Origin: the human T2T-CHM13v2.0 reference genome, Homo sapiens
Length of the DNA stretch: 64,000 nucleotides
Assembly: GCF_009914755.1 (NCBI RefSeq)
Contig: NC_060928.1
Strand: one strand, 5' to 3'
A model generated the notes under the pieces. The model was not told the DNA's origin, did no database searches, and was given only the letters and a program-made list of their open reading frames with translations. Below, in pieces: positions 29,601-45,082 of this stretch; the stretch's first letter is position 1; the number at the start of each line of letters is the position of its first letter. The translations under genes and the position numbers were made by a program.

Positions 29601-30619
29601 ATTAGAAATCACAAGTGTCAATCCACTGTTTTGTGACTTCTGTTCTATTTTTGTGCTTCAACTGTATTCCTCAAGTTATGGAAAGAGGGAAAGCAGTAAG
29701 GGCCTGCTACCAAAAGGACCATGTTTTCCTTGATCATGTGGGAGCTCTCTCACAGCTTGGGCTCTCAGTCATCGCTTCCACAGAGTTTGGGGTACAAGGT
29801 ATCCTTTTGCGTATCTACTCCAGTGGCTGTAAAGTATTATGGCTCTCATGGCCGGTCTGAGGGGATGGAGGGCACAGAATCTAACTGCCAGCATCCTTGT
29901 CCTCCTTCCTCTGTGCATGAAATCCCCTGCACTTCCAGAAAGTTGTCACTTGTGCCTTCCAAGCAGCTGTTGAAAAAGTCAGCTCTCACACCCGACGGTG
30001 TATGGTCTGCAAGAGTCCCAGTGGTAAGGGAGGCACATGACCTTAGTGAGATGACGGTTGAGGCCAGGGCTCTCCACTGAGCAAGCAGCTGAGAGGCAGG
30101 GAGGGCTAAACTGACTTTAGAGATGCATAAAAATTGACATGCTTCTGAAAGCATAACTTTTACAAAGCTCACAGGCATCATATATATATATATACCTATG
30201 ATAATGGCTATAACTATGAATATTCTACACTAATTGTCTCTTGATAGTCATATCAAGCCTTAACATTAGCACATTCTAACAAAGCATACTCACACTTTCA
30301 CTGATGAGTTAGAATAAACAGAAGACTAAAGCAGTATCAGAACAAGGATCTCTGAGGACCAGTGTAAGCTCTTTAAGGTCACAAATGATAGAAAAGTGGT
30401 TATTTGGAAAATCACTTTATTTCCAAGGAATTACTTTCCTACACTACGACACTCAAAATTAGCTATAAGAATTGATCTACATCTTCAGTTGGGTCACATT
30501 TCAGTGAATGCTATGTGACTGGTAGTGACTGTTTACTGCCGAACAAAAATCTCAGGACAGAAAACATGAAGAAAGTTTTGCCTCTTTTCAAAGGGACCTT
30601 ATAACATAGTACATGTGCC

Positions 30620-33600
30620 TGCTGTGATTGTGTACTTGGGATTCCTAGAAGACAGATCCTGAAACAAAATATAGAAGCATTTGTGTACTGGGGAAAGGAG
30701 GCTGCAAACCCAGGGCTGCAAGAGTGAGGGAATTAAAGTCAGGCAGGAAAGAGTTACATGACGGCAGCTGCTCAATTACGAGAAGACACTCAGCTGCTTG
30801 CTTCCTATGCAGGTCAAATAAAAACACTTTAAATATTTGGAGGGGAACACTGCAGTCTTGGCCTGCTAAGTTTCTCCTTGCAGTTGTGAACTTTCACATA
30901 CACATTAAGATTATTAGATTCGTAGAAGCTTGTTTCTGATGAATTTATATTTGCCAAAATTAGTTGGTGACTTTATTTCAGATAATCATTTTGGTAACTA
31001 TACCAGCTCTTTTGATACACTATTAGTATCTGTTCTCCTATCTTCTTACTCAAAGTGATATACTTAAGAAATTGGAAACATAAATAGAACTTAAAAATCC
31101 AGTCTGACAATGTTCTTTAACTAGAAATACTAGAAATCATGAGTGTCAACCTACTGTCTTTGTGCTTTCTGTCCTGCTTTTTGCTTTCTTTGAGTTATGG
31201 AAAGAAGGAAAGCAGAAAGGGGTTGATACCAAATGGGGCATGTTCTCTTTGATCGTACAGGATGCATCTCTCAGCCTTAGCTCCATAAAATGTCCTTGCT
31301 GAAATGGAGTTTGAAGTATGAGATTGTCTATAAGGAATGGCTGCCTATGGAAGGGGGGAGGGGAAGAAGGCAGAATTAGAGAAGAGGTCTGCTGTGATCT
31401 GGGCACCACAAAGTTTTCACTAATGTGGTAGAGAGTTCCAGAGCTAGTATTGCTCCTCAATGTCTGTGATGGTTTGGCCTCTTTAGGCTACCTTGCTCAG
31501 ATATCAGATGTAGGCTGTATCCCCACCAGCTCTCCGTAGCCGAGACTGAATTTGAGATGACTGTCGCCTATCACAGCTGGACCATGGAGACAGGGCCAGA
31601 GTGCAGTTGTCTTCCTGGGGGAAGCATAGGTTGCTGGCAAAGCCAGAGATGATGGAGTGGGGAGGTGGCAGGGTGGGGGTGGTGATGGTTGAGGCTGGGG
31701 TTCCCCACTGAGCAAGAAGCCAAGGGCCAAGAGGCAGGTAGGGCTGGGCAAATCTGGAAAGGTCAGACCAAATTGACACATCTGTAAGACATAGCTTTTA
31801 TGTTTTACTGGCTCTTAAACTCACAGGACTAAATTTAGGAATATATACAATAATGGCAACAACTTTTGGTATTTCTCTAGGCTACTTTTCTTATAATAAA
31901 AAAATATTGAACAGTCTTGTCAACATCAGCACATTATAACAAAGCATACTCTTATTTTTACTATGTTAAATAGTATTTGTAGAACTATAATCATACTATG
32001 AGCTTACCGTTTAAAAATAACTTTAGATTCAGGGGGTACCTGTGTAGTTTTGCTACCTGGATAGACTGTGTGATACTGAGGTTTGGGGTATGATTGATCC
32101 CATCGCTCAGGCAATGAGCATAGTGCCCACTTGCTTTTCCACTATTGACCCCCTCTTTTCTTCCCTCCCCCTTTTCATCCCCAGTGTCTATTGTTGCTAT
32201 CTCTATGTCCATGAATACCCAATGTTTAGCACCCACCTACAAGGGAGAATATGTGATACTTGTTCTGTTCCTGCATTAATTTGCTTAGGATAATGGCCTC
32301 CAACTGCAAGCATTCTGCTGTAAAGGACCTGATTTTGTTTTTAATGGCTGCATAGTATTCTGTGGTATACATGTAGCATATTTTCTTTATACAAGCCACT
32401 ACTGAGGAGCACCTAGATTGACTCCATTTCTTTGCTACTGTGAATAGTGCAGTGATGAACATGGGTGCATGTGTCCTTTTGGTAGAATTTCTTTTGGATA
32501 TATATCCAGTAATAGGATTGCTGTGTCAAATGATAGTTCTAAGTTCTTTGAGAAATCTGCAAACTGCTTCCCTTAGTGTCTGAACTAATTTACATTCCCA
32601 CCAACAGTGTATAAACATTTCCTTGTCTTTATAACCTTGCCAACATCTGTTAGTTAATAGCCATTCTGACTCTGAGATGGTATCTCATTGTGGTTTTGAT
32701 GTGCATTTATATTTGATAAGGGATTTTGAACACTTTTTATGTGGGTACTTGGCCACTTGTGTGGTTTTCAAGAAGTCTGTCTTTTGCCTACTTTTTATGG
32801 GGTTATTTTTTGCTTATTGATTTAAGTTTCTTAGGCTTTGCTTTGGCAAAGGTCTAATCTCCATAGTTTTCAAACACTTTCTCCCTTTCTGTAGGTTGTC
32901 TCTCTGCTCAGTTTCTTTTGCTGTGCAGAAGCTCTTGTTTAATTAGGTCCTGCTTGTCAATTTTTGTTTTTGTTGCAATTACTTTTGGAGTCATCATGAA
33001 ATCTTTGTCAGAGCCTATGTCCAGAATGGTATTTCCTATATTTTGTCTAGGATTCTTATAGTTTGAGGTCTTATGTTTAAATGTTTAATCCATGTTGAGC
33101 TAATTTTTATATGTGGTAAACTGTGGGGGTCCAGTTTCATTCTTCTGCATATGGCTAACCAACCATCCCAGCACAATTTATTGAGTAGGGAGTCCTTTCC
33201 CCATTGCTTATTTTTGTTGGCTTTGTCAAAGATCAAATAGCTGTAGATGTATAGCTTTATTTCTGGGTTCTCAAGTCTGTTCCATTGGTCTATGTGTCTG
33301 TTTCTGTATCCGTACCATGCTGTTTCGGTGACTGTAGCCTTGTAGTATAGCTTGAAGTTGGATAGTGTGATGCTTCTGGCTTAGTTCTTTTTGTTTAGGA
33401 TTGCTTTGGCGATTCAAACTCTGTTTTAGTTGTATGCAAATTTGAATAGGTTTTTCCAAATCTATGAAAAATGTTGGTAATTTGATAGGAATACCATTGA
33501 ATCTGCAGACTGCTTGGGCAGTATGGCCATCTTAACACATTCTTCAAATCCATGAGCATGGAACGTTTTTCCATCTGTGTCATCAATGATTTCTTTCAGC

Positions 33601-34780
33601 AGTGTTTTTTAGTTTTCCTTAGATCTTTCACCTCCATGGTTAGGTGTATTCTAGCATCTTTTTTGTATGTATATATTGTAAATGGGATTGTATTTTTTAT
33701 TTAACTCTCAGCTTAAATGTTACTGCTCTATAGAAATGCTACTGATTTTTACACATTTTTTTTTATTTTCTGGAACCTGAGAATTTACCGAAGTCACTTA
33801 GGTCTAGAAGTCTTTTGTCAGAATCCTTAGGGTTTTCCAGGTAGAGAACCATATTGTCAGTGAAGAGAATCTGACTTCCTCTTTTCCTATTTGGATACCC
33901 TTTATTTCCTTCTCTTGCCCGATTTCTCTGCCTAGGACTTCTAGTACTATGTCGAATACAAGTGGTAAGTGTGTGGGCATCTTTGTCGCCTTCTGATTTT
34001 CAAGAAGAATGCTTTCAGCTTTTTCCCATTCAGTTTGGCTGTGGGTGTGTCCTAATGGCTTATTTTTTGAGGTCTGTTCCTTCAGTGCCTTGAGGGCCCT
34101 CATTGTGAAGGGATGTTGGATTTATCGAAAGTGATATTGTCTTAACATTTAAAGACAACTACAAAAAGTAACTCCCTGCTTATTTTCCATCTCTAAAAGT
34201 ATCACTATGATACATTTTTATTGCAGTAAAGTCTTAATTAGAATTAGCCGTGAGAAATTGGTCTCAGAACAAGAATCACTGAGGGACTAGTATTAGTTCT
34301 TTAAGGTCACAAATTATATAAACAAAGGTTAGTTAGGAAATCATTGTCTTATTTCTAAAAAATTGGCCCCAGGAATTTACATCTTCAATTGGGTCACATT
34401 TCAGTGAATGCTGTGATTGAAAGTGACCACTATTGAACAAAAATCTCAAGCAGAAAGCAGGAAGTGGGAAAAGTCTTATTTCTCCCAAAAGAGTTATTTT
34501 AATATCTGCTGAGACACTAATGGCATTTCATTTATTTTATCTGTTCAATACTCAGCTGAGGCTGTGAGGAAATGGGGGACTAGTCACCCACTAATCTCCT
34601 GGGTCCCTCTTTAACCCCACTGGAAACAAGAGGGCAAATGCCCACATGTGGTGTAGTTGTAGGGAATTTGCACAATTGGTCACAGAGCAGCAAGATAAAG
34701 AAGGATTTAAAATGTTTATAGAGAAAGCAGTATAGAAAAACAGTTGGATTGTTTCATTTTTAATGGATATATCATCTTCC
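30620..34780 (+). repeat. Duplication unit C, copy 3 (interrupted by L1)
   Basis: Begins 'tgggattcctagaa' like 17221 and continues colinearly through 'tcacccacta...ccacatgtg.tgta' like 19560-19640. Confidence 0.8.
32015..34130 (-). mobile_element. 5'-truncated L1 (old L1PA/L1PB class)
   Basis: ORF2 C-terminal remnants ([19 protein letters not shown]; EIKGIQIGKEEV) and L1 3' UTR. Confidence 0.9.
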
Positions 34781-35700
34781 ATTACTTCTGAAGAGTCAGT
34801 TTGCCAATTCCATAAACAAGGTCTGCCGGTATTTCTGAAATAGCTTGAATCAGATCAATTTAGGGAGATTTTTGAGTATGTTTTCTGGCCACTTTATCAG
34901 GAAAGTCATGTTGGCATTTTGAGTGTCCTGTGCCATTATCACTCAGATCCTCTAACAGCCTTCAAATGAGCTGGATATTTTCCTTTTCCCATGGTACAAT
35001 TAATCTGGTTAATGACTTTACCCTTTAGAGGGATCCTACACCATGGCAAGTGTACAGCTACTCCTTCAATCCTTGTCCAGAGTATCGGTAGCCCATTCAA
35101 TTAATAAGCTCTATGTCTAGTAAGTAGCCGAAGTGTAGAAAATGAACAGCTGACATTTGCATTTTGCTATTCTTGTATTGATCATTGATTATGCAGGTCA
35201 TTGGCTGTTCATCTGTTTTATCCTTGGTAACATTGGTTTATTGGGCATTGTCAGAAATCCTGTGGGTTGGAGCTCCGACAGCCATTGCAGCTCTGCTGCC
35301 TATCATAGTAACCACATCCACTTAGATTCTGCCAGCTAAATGCTGCCCTCTTGCTGCTATTCCACCTTACTCACATATATGAGAAAGCCCCATTTTCATA
35401 ACACTGTCATGCCATCAACCTAGGACTTTGTAAGACAGCCAATGGTGAAAATCTTAAAGATGCCAGTGCTACTCCTGCTAACACTTACTACCTTGGTGAA
35501 GGTTGTATCTTCCAGGCACTCCTAGGGAACATAAATGCATGATCAATTATCTAGTCTTAAATTCATTCTAGCTTGCCCAACTCTGAGCCTTTTGACTGCA
35601 ATGCTCAACCTCCAGTAGATAAGGTGGAAATTCCAGAAATGCCTTGGCAACTTCTCCCATGCTTAAAGGAGCCATCCTGTGAGGGCACTAAGGCTCATAC
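34780..35700 (-). mobile_element. Degenerate ERVL internal (gag-like) fragment
   Basis: Weak resemblance to antisense ERVL gag region; no ORF. Confidence 0.35.
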
Positions 35701-35719
35701 CAGGTGTCTTTGAGGATAT

Positions 35720-37310
35720 TTCAGATTCCCCTTGGAGGAGTGACTTGGCCCAGCTACCAGAAGTGTTGTCCAAATACAGCCTTCAGCTATCTGCTTTCAA
35801 TTCACCCAGGAACATGCCTTTCTTCATCTAATGACTGATTGTATTGGAAGTGTAAAGGCCCACCCATGTTTACCCAGTGTGGAACAACTCTAATGGGTTA
35901 ATTCTCCAGAACTCTCTAGTGTTGGGTGAGGTTCTTAGCTCTCTATTGCAGTTGACTTCTCCTATGACCAATCCTGCTACCTCGCTCTCCCATAAATATT
36001 CATCCCAAATAAATACTTTGCATGCCAAATTCTTAACATCTGCTTTTGAAGAAGCCAGCCTGAGGCAGCTGGTGTCAGAAGTGGTCCAAGAAAGCAGGTA
36101 ATACTATGGTACTTGATTTAGGCTGGATTCTTGGCTGTCCACCTGACTCTGAAGACCTTATTGGTGGCAGGTGGAACACAAACCCTCCACAGATAGCAGT
36201 CCAGTTGTTAAATGGTCTCCCCAGTGATAAATTAGGATGGTATACTGCTAGAGTGAAGTGCATTAATTAGTATAACATAGCATGTTTGAGAAGTGCAAGG
36301 GAAATAGTCTTAATTCTTTTATTGGCTATGTACCATTGACATTAGAGAGCCATAGTGTCATCCTGGCCCCCATGATAAAGTAGGGATGTACTATGGCCAG
36401 ATTATGAACAGAGTCATGACCAAAGTTCAGCAGCTTATAGGCCCATTGCATCCAGCCTGTTGGTGACTTCCCAAGTCCCAGAATATATTGGAATGGACAT
36501 CCTTGGTGCTTGGAACACCTCTCACTTTGAGTGTTCTTGGCCTTTTCTGCTATAATAGCACTTACCTACAGGCCAAGTAGAAGATGTTTAAACTGTTAAC
36601 ACTGAAAAGGGCTGGTTAAAATCAGTGTCACTCATAGGGATCCAAATAACATGAGATTGGTGGTTCCTATCACAGCTCCTTTTCATTTACCAGCCTGGCC
36701 CCTGCAGAACTGAGATAAACCCTGAAGGATGAGAATAGGCCTCTGTAAATGCAGTCAAGTAGCCTGAATTGTAGCTACTGTTCCAAGTATGCTGTTATTG
36801 CTAGAACAGAGTAAGGCTGCCTTAGGTACATGATAGGCAGCCACAGATAAACTGCATTTTTTTTTCTGACCAGAAAAGAAATGGCCCACACTAATGTGCA
36901 ATAGAAAACTCTACAGGGCAGTTGTGCCTTTTGTTACTGCTTCTGCTTCTGTCATAATGCAGTCTGAAGAGATCTGGACCACTTGGACATCCCACAGAAT
37001 ATAACACTGGACAGGATAAGCAAAAGGTGGCTAGCATGCTGGAGGTCTTGGTAACATACAAGTGCCTCAGATGTAAAGAGATATCCTATGGAAGTTCATG
37101 GACTTGTCCCTCTAGGGAGGTTTTCAGGGCCCAGTAGCTAGGGGTGTTCCAGGATATACCTTTATACCTTCCAATATGAAAGACAAAGTGCTGTGTATTA
37201 TGTTGCCTGTTGTAAAGAGAAGCACAGGGCCTAGTAAGCTGCTTCAGATTGGAAGACACCATGTTTCAAGACTAGGGATCCTGCTCTAACCTTATACTAG
37301 GTGCCATTCT
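35720..37310 (+). mobile_element. LTR16-like LTR plus HERV16/ERVL internal fragment
   Basis: LTR with cccaaataaa ending ~36067, then Leu primer-binding-site-like tggtgtcagaagtgg (36070-36084) and RT-like remnants. Confidence 0.65.
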
Positions 37311-37474
37311 ATTTTCATCCCAATTCTCTTAGTACTTGTGACGCTAGAGCATGCTAGGGTTCTGCCCTGCTTTCTACCAGTAATAGGGCCCCTTTGCTAC
37401 CTGGCTAGCAAGTGATTCTATCCCAGAATTCCTTCCTAAAATCTCATTCCTGAGATCACTTCTGGAATGAATTG

Positions 37475-37905
37475 CCTTAGTTTGGGTAGCCCCAGGATGA
37501 GACCTTGAGGCAGGTTTTCAAACATCAGTGGTTTATCAGCTGCCTTTCCTCTGTCTCAACTCCCCAATCTTTTACTGATGCATTCTCCTAAAAGGGGGCA
37601 TTAACAAGTTTGTCATCCTGAGAACAACTAAGGGGAATTCTGCCAGGGAGAGTCTGGTGGCCAGAGTAGATACACATGTCAGAATTGTCCCAGCCTGAGA
37701 GTCAGGGGATCTGGGATATTTATCTACTGATATACATCACTTATTATTAAAGGGTTGTTACAATGTGCTGTTGATTTCCTGATATATATTAACTTGCCAC
37801 AACTGCATTGTTGCCTGAGAGAACCTCAGGTGAAGACATGCAGGGTGAGGCACACTGAATTTGGCAAGCCTGAGATGATACAGATGGGGTGTCAACTATG
37901 CTACA
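37475..37905 (-). mobile_element. Old ERVL LTR (LTR16-like)
   Basis: 'tgccttagtttgggtagccccagga..agaccttgaggcagg...gtggtttat' matches an antisense LTR16/33-type end. Confidence 0.4.
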
Positions 37906-38167
37906 GTCAGTCTAACCAAACTACATGTATAGTATCACTTTAGCCATTTCACATTATTCCACTTACTATGCTTCTACCACTCTTCTTGCTCTCCATTGCG
38001 TAGGTCAAATATTTTGCTAGCTTAGAAGTCATGCATTAAGCCTTACTTTTTGGCTTATTTCACTCCTGTTTCTGCACATGAGACACATAGGAAGGTTTAG
38101 AAATACTACTTCCTATCCTAGTTCATTTCAGTTATATTACAGCATAAGCATTAATAAGGTCACTTTA

Positions 38168-38484
<317 letters not shown>

Positions 38485-38599
38485 CTACATTGTTTTTAAT
38501 GTCTGCAATGTTATGTTTTCAGATGCATTCTTTTGCCCACCTCTGCCTGCCAAAGTTTTACTTAGACAATATCTTTTTTGGGTGCTGCACTTTTTTTTC

Positions 38600-39480
38600 A
38601 CTTATTTTTTTAGTTAATATCATTTTTGACAGTTGTATGTATATGAGACACAATGTGATGGTTTGGTATGTGTTTACAGTGTGGCATGATTAAACCAAGC
38701 TAATGAACATATCCATTACCTCACCCATCATTTTTTATGGTAAGATATTTGAAGTTGACTAGTTATTTTGAAATACGTTATACATTACTGGCCATAGTCA
38801 CCCTACTGCCCTACTGTGCAACAGATGTCAAAACCAATTCCTCCTATCTGAAATATTGTACCCTGTGATCGACAACTCTTTGCCCTCCCTCCCTAACCCT
38901 ATCATCTAGTGCCTGTAGTTTGTGTGTTGTTGTTTTGAGATAGGATCTCCGTCACCCAGGCTGGAGTGTAGTAGTGCAATCTTGGCTCACCGCAACCTCC
39001 ACCTCCCAGGTTCAAGTGATTCTGCCACCTCAGCCACCTGAGTAGCTGGGATTATAGGCACATGCCACCACGCCTGGCTAATTTTTGTTATTTTTGGTAG
39101 AAATGGGGTTTTACCATGTTGCCCAGGCTGGTCTTGAAACCCTGGGCTCTAGTGATCTGCCCACCTTGGCCTCCCAAAGTGTTGGGGTTACAGGTGTAAG
39201 CCCGCGTGCCTGGCCTGTGATTCTACTTTCTACTTCTGAGTTCAATTTTACTGAATCCTACATATCAGTGAGATGGTATGGTATTTGTCTGTCTTTGCCT
39301 GGCTTATTTCACTTAGGTGAATGTGGAGGAAATTTTGCTATGTTGTCACAAGTGATGGGACTTCTCCCTTTTTAAAGGTTGGATAGTACACCATTGTGCA
39401 CGTATAACCCTTGTGTATGTACACTACTTGTTCTTCACCCATTCATCCATTATGGACCCTTACCTTGTTTCCTTATCGTC
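38600..39480 (-). mobile_element. L1MA-type 3' fragment interrupted by an Alu
   Basis: Antisense L1M 3' UTR ('aacatatccattacctcac', 'ggcttatttcacttag'). Confidence 0.7.
38918..39215 (-). mobile_element. AluJ (Jb-like)
   Basis: Antisense Alu with gttgcccaggctggtcttgaa and ctgggctc. Confidence 0.8.
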
Positions 39481-41396
39481 ATGTATTCAATTCTTGTGAT
39501 CATTACACCTACATTTTCTGTAACCAGTGTTTTTCTGGTTTTTATAACCACTGGTTATAACCAGCGTCTTCCTCCAAACTAATGAATTTACTTCCATCTT
39601 CACTACATAATCCTCTGTCACCCTGACCCAACACATAACGCCATTTTATTTTCATGAATTTTGGTTCTAGGTTGATAATGGACACACTACTGAATGTTTA
39701 TTCTTGTTTATCTTGTAAAAATGTTACAAGCATGAAGATGCAAGACAAATGGGACAGAATGGAGCTGCCCAGCTCTTGTCCTGGTAGAAGGTGACCAGCT
39801 TCTACGTTCTTAAGGAATATACTTACCCCAGAAAGAGGGTGAACGATAGCACAACTGGCAGCAAGAACATGGTTGGGAGTTCGGAGGTAGCTCTGGGTCA
39901 AGTGAAGCATGGCAGGCAACTGTACTATAGGTCTCTCCAGTGAGCTCACTAATGGGGCTCCTAGGATAGGCAGTAGCAATGGCTAACTAGAGAAGCAGAA
40001 ATATTTTATTGCAACTGCGATCTGGCTGAGCAACCTAAAGTCGTCTCTTTGCCTCTAGGGCCTTCTGTTGACTATGCTAGCACTAGACCCAGAGTGGGGA
40101 GGAGAGAACATGCTTAACTTCACCCCCCACCCCAGGCAAGTTCTTATGGCTAAACTCCTTCCCACATGTTTACTTCAAACATGACCTGAGGGCTCCAGTT
40201 TCAAATCGAATTGCATAGTCAGGTCACTTTCAGTTATTAATATTACAAAGTTATAGAATCATCTAGGGAAAGATTTGACCAAATGATTGAGGTTAGGGAA
40301 TAGAGAAGAGTAGCAACCTTGTATTTTTTACTCTAAAGTTCAGAACAGTTCAGTAAAGTGGTTATGAATCACTTATTTTTTTCTTTACTAACCTCAGCAA
40401 TCGCTGTCAACTTTCTCCAATTGCCATGTCCCTTGCTCGACTTCCATGCCCATTCTCCCCCACTTGACTCCTGACATCTACTTTTCGTTATCTCAGGATA
40501 TCTTGTGTTGAAGGCCAAGTTTTCCCGTGTACTCAACACCAACACCTACCACTTGACTCTACCAGTTATGCCTCCTTAGGTTTTCAAGCTGTTCCCCTTG
40601 CTTCTCCTGCCTCTTTGTCAGCCCATAATTAAGTCGGTGTTTTAGTCCATTTGTGCTTTTATAATAATACTACATATAGACTGGGTAACTTAAAAACAAA
40701 TTTATTTTCTCACAGTTGTTGAGGGTGTGAAGTTCAAGATCAAGGTGCTGACTAGTGAGGGATCTGCTCTCTGTTTCCAAAATGGCTCCTTGTTGCTGAT
40801 CTTCTGGAGGGAGGAATGCTCTGTCCTCCCATGGTGGAAGGGCAAAAAGCCTAATGCTCCAAGGAAGCCCCTTTATAACAGCCTTAACTCCATTCATGAG
40901 GCAGGAGCTCTCATGGCTTATTCATCTCTCAAATGCCCTACCATTTGAGAGATGAATCATTTACCATTGGTAAACGATTACACTGGCCATTAAGTTTCAG
41001 CATGTGAATTTCGGAGGGAACATACTCAAACTGTAGTATTCTACCCCTGGTCCCCAAAAGTTATGTCCCCTCCCTACATACAAAATACATTCATTTATCT
41101 CAATGGCCCCCAAAGTCTTAACTCTTGCTAGTATCATCTGTAAAGTCTAGAATTTCATCTAGATATCACGTAAATCAGATATGATAAGACTCAAAGGTGT
41201 GTTTCATCCTGAGAAAAATTCCAGCTATAAATCTGTGAAACAAAGTTATTACATGCTTCTAAAACACAATGGGAAATATCCAGGACAGATATTTCTATTC
41301 TAAAAGGGAGAAATAGGTAAGAAAGGGTTTTTAACAGGTCCCAAGTAAGTCTAAAACTCAACAAGTAAGAACGGAACATCAACAGGACATAAAATC

Positions 41397-42829
<1,433 letters not shown>

Positions 42830-44257
42830 CAGGACATAAAATCCTAAACGTTTTTTATGGAATACCTTAATAACCCTTGTTGACTTTGCCATAGTCTTTT
42901 TCTTTCTCTGACTCTTATGTCATGACTTCCAGACACACTGGATATGGAGTGGGGACGATGGCCCCATGGCTTTTCTGGGTTCAGCCCATGCAGCAGCTCC
43001 CTGGTTAAAGTCAAGTGCCTGCAGGTCTCCCAGGCTGTAGTTGCATACAGAGTGTGCAGTTCTGGGGTCTCTGGGACTGCCTCACCCCCGTGACTCCAGT
43101 AGGCACTCTCCTAGTTAGGGTGTTCTGTAATAACCTTGGAGATCCTTAAAGGTGGGACCACTGCCAAGAGTCCCCATGGCTCCACTAAGCATTGTTCTCA
43201 TGAGGACACTTGGTGGTGGTCCCACCTTCGAGGTTTTTTTGAGGCATCCTTGGAAATCCAGGTGGAGGTAGCTATGCCTCCACAGCTCCTACACTCCATA
43301 TAGAGTTAGCACCACATGGATACTGCCAAATTTCACTGCTTGTGCTACAGCTGAAATGGTCAAGGAGCACTGCCCTGGAATACAGGGGGCAGACTTGACA
43401 CAGCCCTGGACAACGAGCTCTGAGGTCTCACAGGTCCTCTGGGTACCTCTCTTAACCATTCTGCCCTCAAGGCCCTGGTACCCTGGGAGCCTGTGATGGG
43501 CATGGCAGCACAAATCTCCAAAATGCCTTCGGGGTCATTCTCCCATTATCTTGATGAACAGCACGTAGTTTTTATCCATACTAATCTCCTTATCAAACAA
43601 TTGCTTGGCCCCACCCTTTTTTTCTCTCCTAACCAGTCTCTAAATATTTCACATGGCCAGGATGAAACTTTCCTAATCTTTATTTTCTGCTTTCTTTTAA
43701 ATCATGAATTCCATCTTTCTAGATTTCTCCATAAGCAGGTAAGAGAAGCCATGCAGCACCTTCAAGACTTTACTGCTTAGAGTTCTTCCATCAAATACTT
43801 TAGTTTATTGCTCTAATTTCTGCCTTCCACAAAGTCTTGGGGCATGGACAAAATTCAGCCAACTTCCTGGCTACATGATATAACAAGGATGAGCTTTCCT
43901 CCAGTTTCCAGTACTTTCTCATTTGAGACATCAAAATAGTAATCACTATCCATATTTCTACCAACATTCCATTCATAACCACTTAGATCACCTCTGAGAT
44001 GAAAGCTGTCTTCTTTCCTGTGAGCTGCCACCAGAATCTCCCCTTACTTCTCTGTTCATGGCAATGCAGGCCTTTTCCAGCACTCAAGCTGTTTCAGCTG
44101 CTACCCATTACCCAGTTCCAAAGCTGTGTCTGTATTTTTAAGTGTTTGTTATAACATGCTACTTGTCTGGTATCAATTTTGGACTATTCAGAATGCTATA
44201 ACAATATCACAGACTGAGTAATTTATGAAGAACATAGGTAACCTATAAAGAACAAAC

Positions 44258-44507
44258 AGTGGTTTATGCCTGTAATCTTAGTAGTTTGGGAGGCTGAGGT
44301 GGGAGAATTGCTTAAAATTGGGAGTTCAAGACCAGCCTGGGCAACAAAGACCCCAGCGCTACAAAAAAAAGAAATATCCAGGTGCAGTGGTATGTGCTAC
44401 TTGGGAGGCTGAAGCTGGAGGATCGCTAGAGCCCAGGAGGTAAAGGCCATGTACCATGATCACCCCACTACATTTTAGCCTGGGCAAAAACAAGATGCCA
44501 TCTCAAT
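44258..44507 (+). mobile_element. Degenerate AluJ inside the MaLR LTR
   Basis: Dimeric Alu structure with 'ggaggatcgctagagcccaggagg'. Confidence 0.75.
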
Positions 44508-45082
44508 TTTTTTCCTTAGTTCTGGAGGCTGGGAAGTCAAAGATAGAGGCACCAGCAGATTTGGTGTCTAGGGAGGAGGAAGGCAGTGTCTCTCCTTCCA
44601 ACGTGGCACCTTTTTGCTACATCTTCTGAAGGGGAGGAATGTTGTAGCCTCACATGGCAGAAGGTAGAGGGGAAAGGAGGTACTAGATGCTAAGTAAAGC
44701 CTCCTTTAGAGGTGCCTTTATTCCATTCGTGAAGGAGAAGCCTTTGTGATCTAGTCACTTCTTAAAGTCCCCACCCCTTAGTATCACATTGGTCATGAAG
44801 TTTCAACATGTGAACTTTGGAGGAGACATACTCAAGCCATAGTAGCCTGTCTCCCATCTTAGAAGCACCACCCTTGATCTCATGCTGCCCTCTAGCCACT
44901 GCCCTTTTCCTCTTCTCTGACTCAAACCCTAAAGTGGTTTCTCTACTTCTCTACTTTTCTACTTCTCATCCTCTACTACCCGGCTCCACACCAAACTATG
45001 GACCTTCAATATGTGCAATGATAAATGGATGCATTTCATTCAGTAGTATTCTATAGTATTGGAAAAAGTGATTACCCTGACT

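Larger units (their letters stand above)
25700..30620 (+). repeat. Ancient duplication of 1-1400, 7700-9078 and 17023-19150
   Basis: Many colinear anchors (e.g. 'gaattggaaatagt', 'gttgaaagcaggctg', 'tagcctattggct', 'tgggccaaaacttg', 'acaatctcagttaatggcaga'); lacks the HML-6 insertion. Confidence 0.85.
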
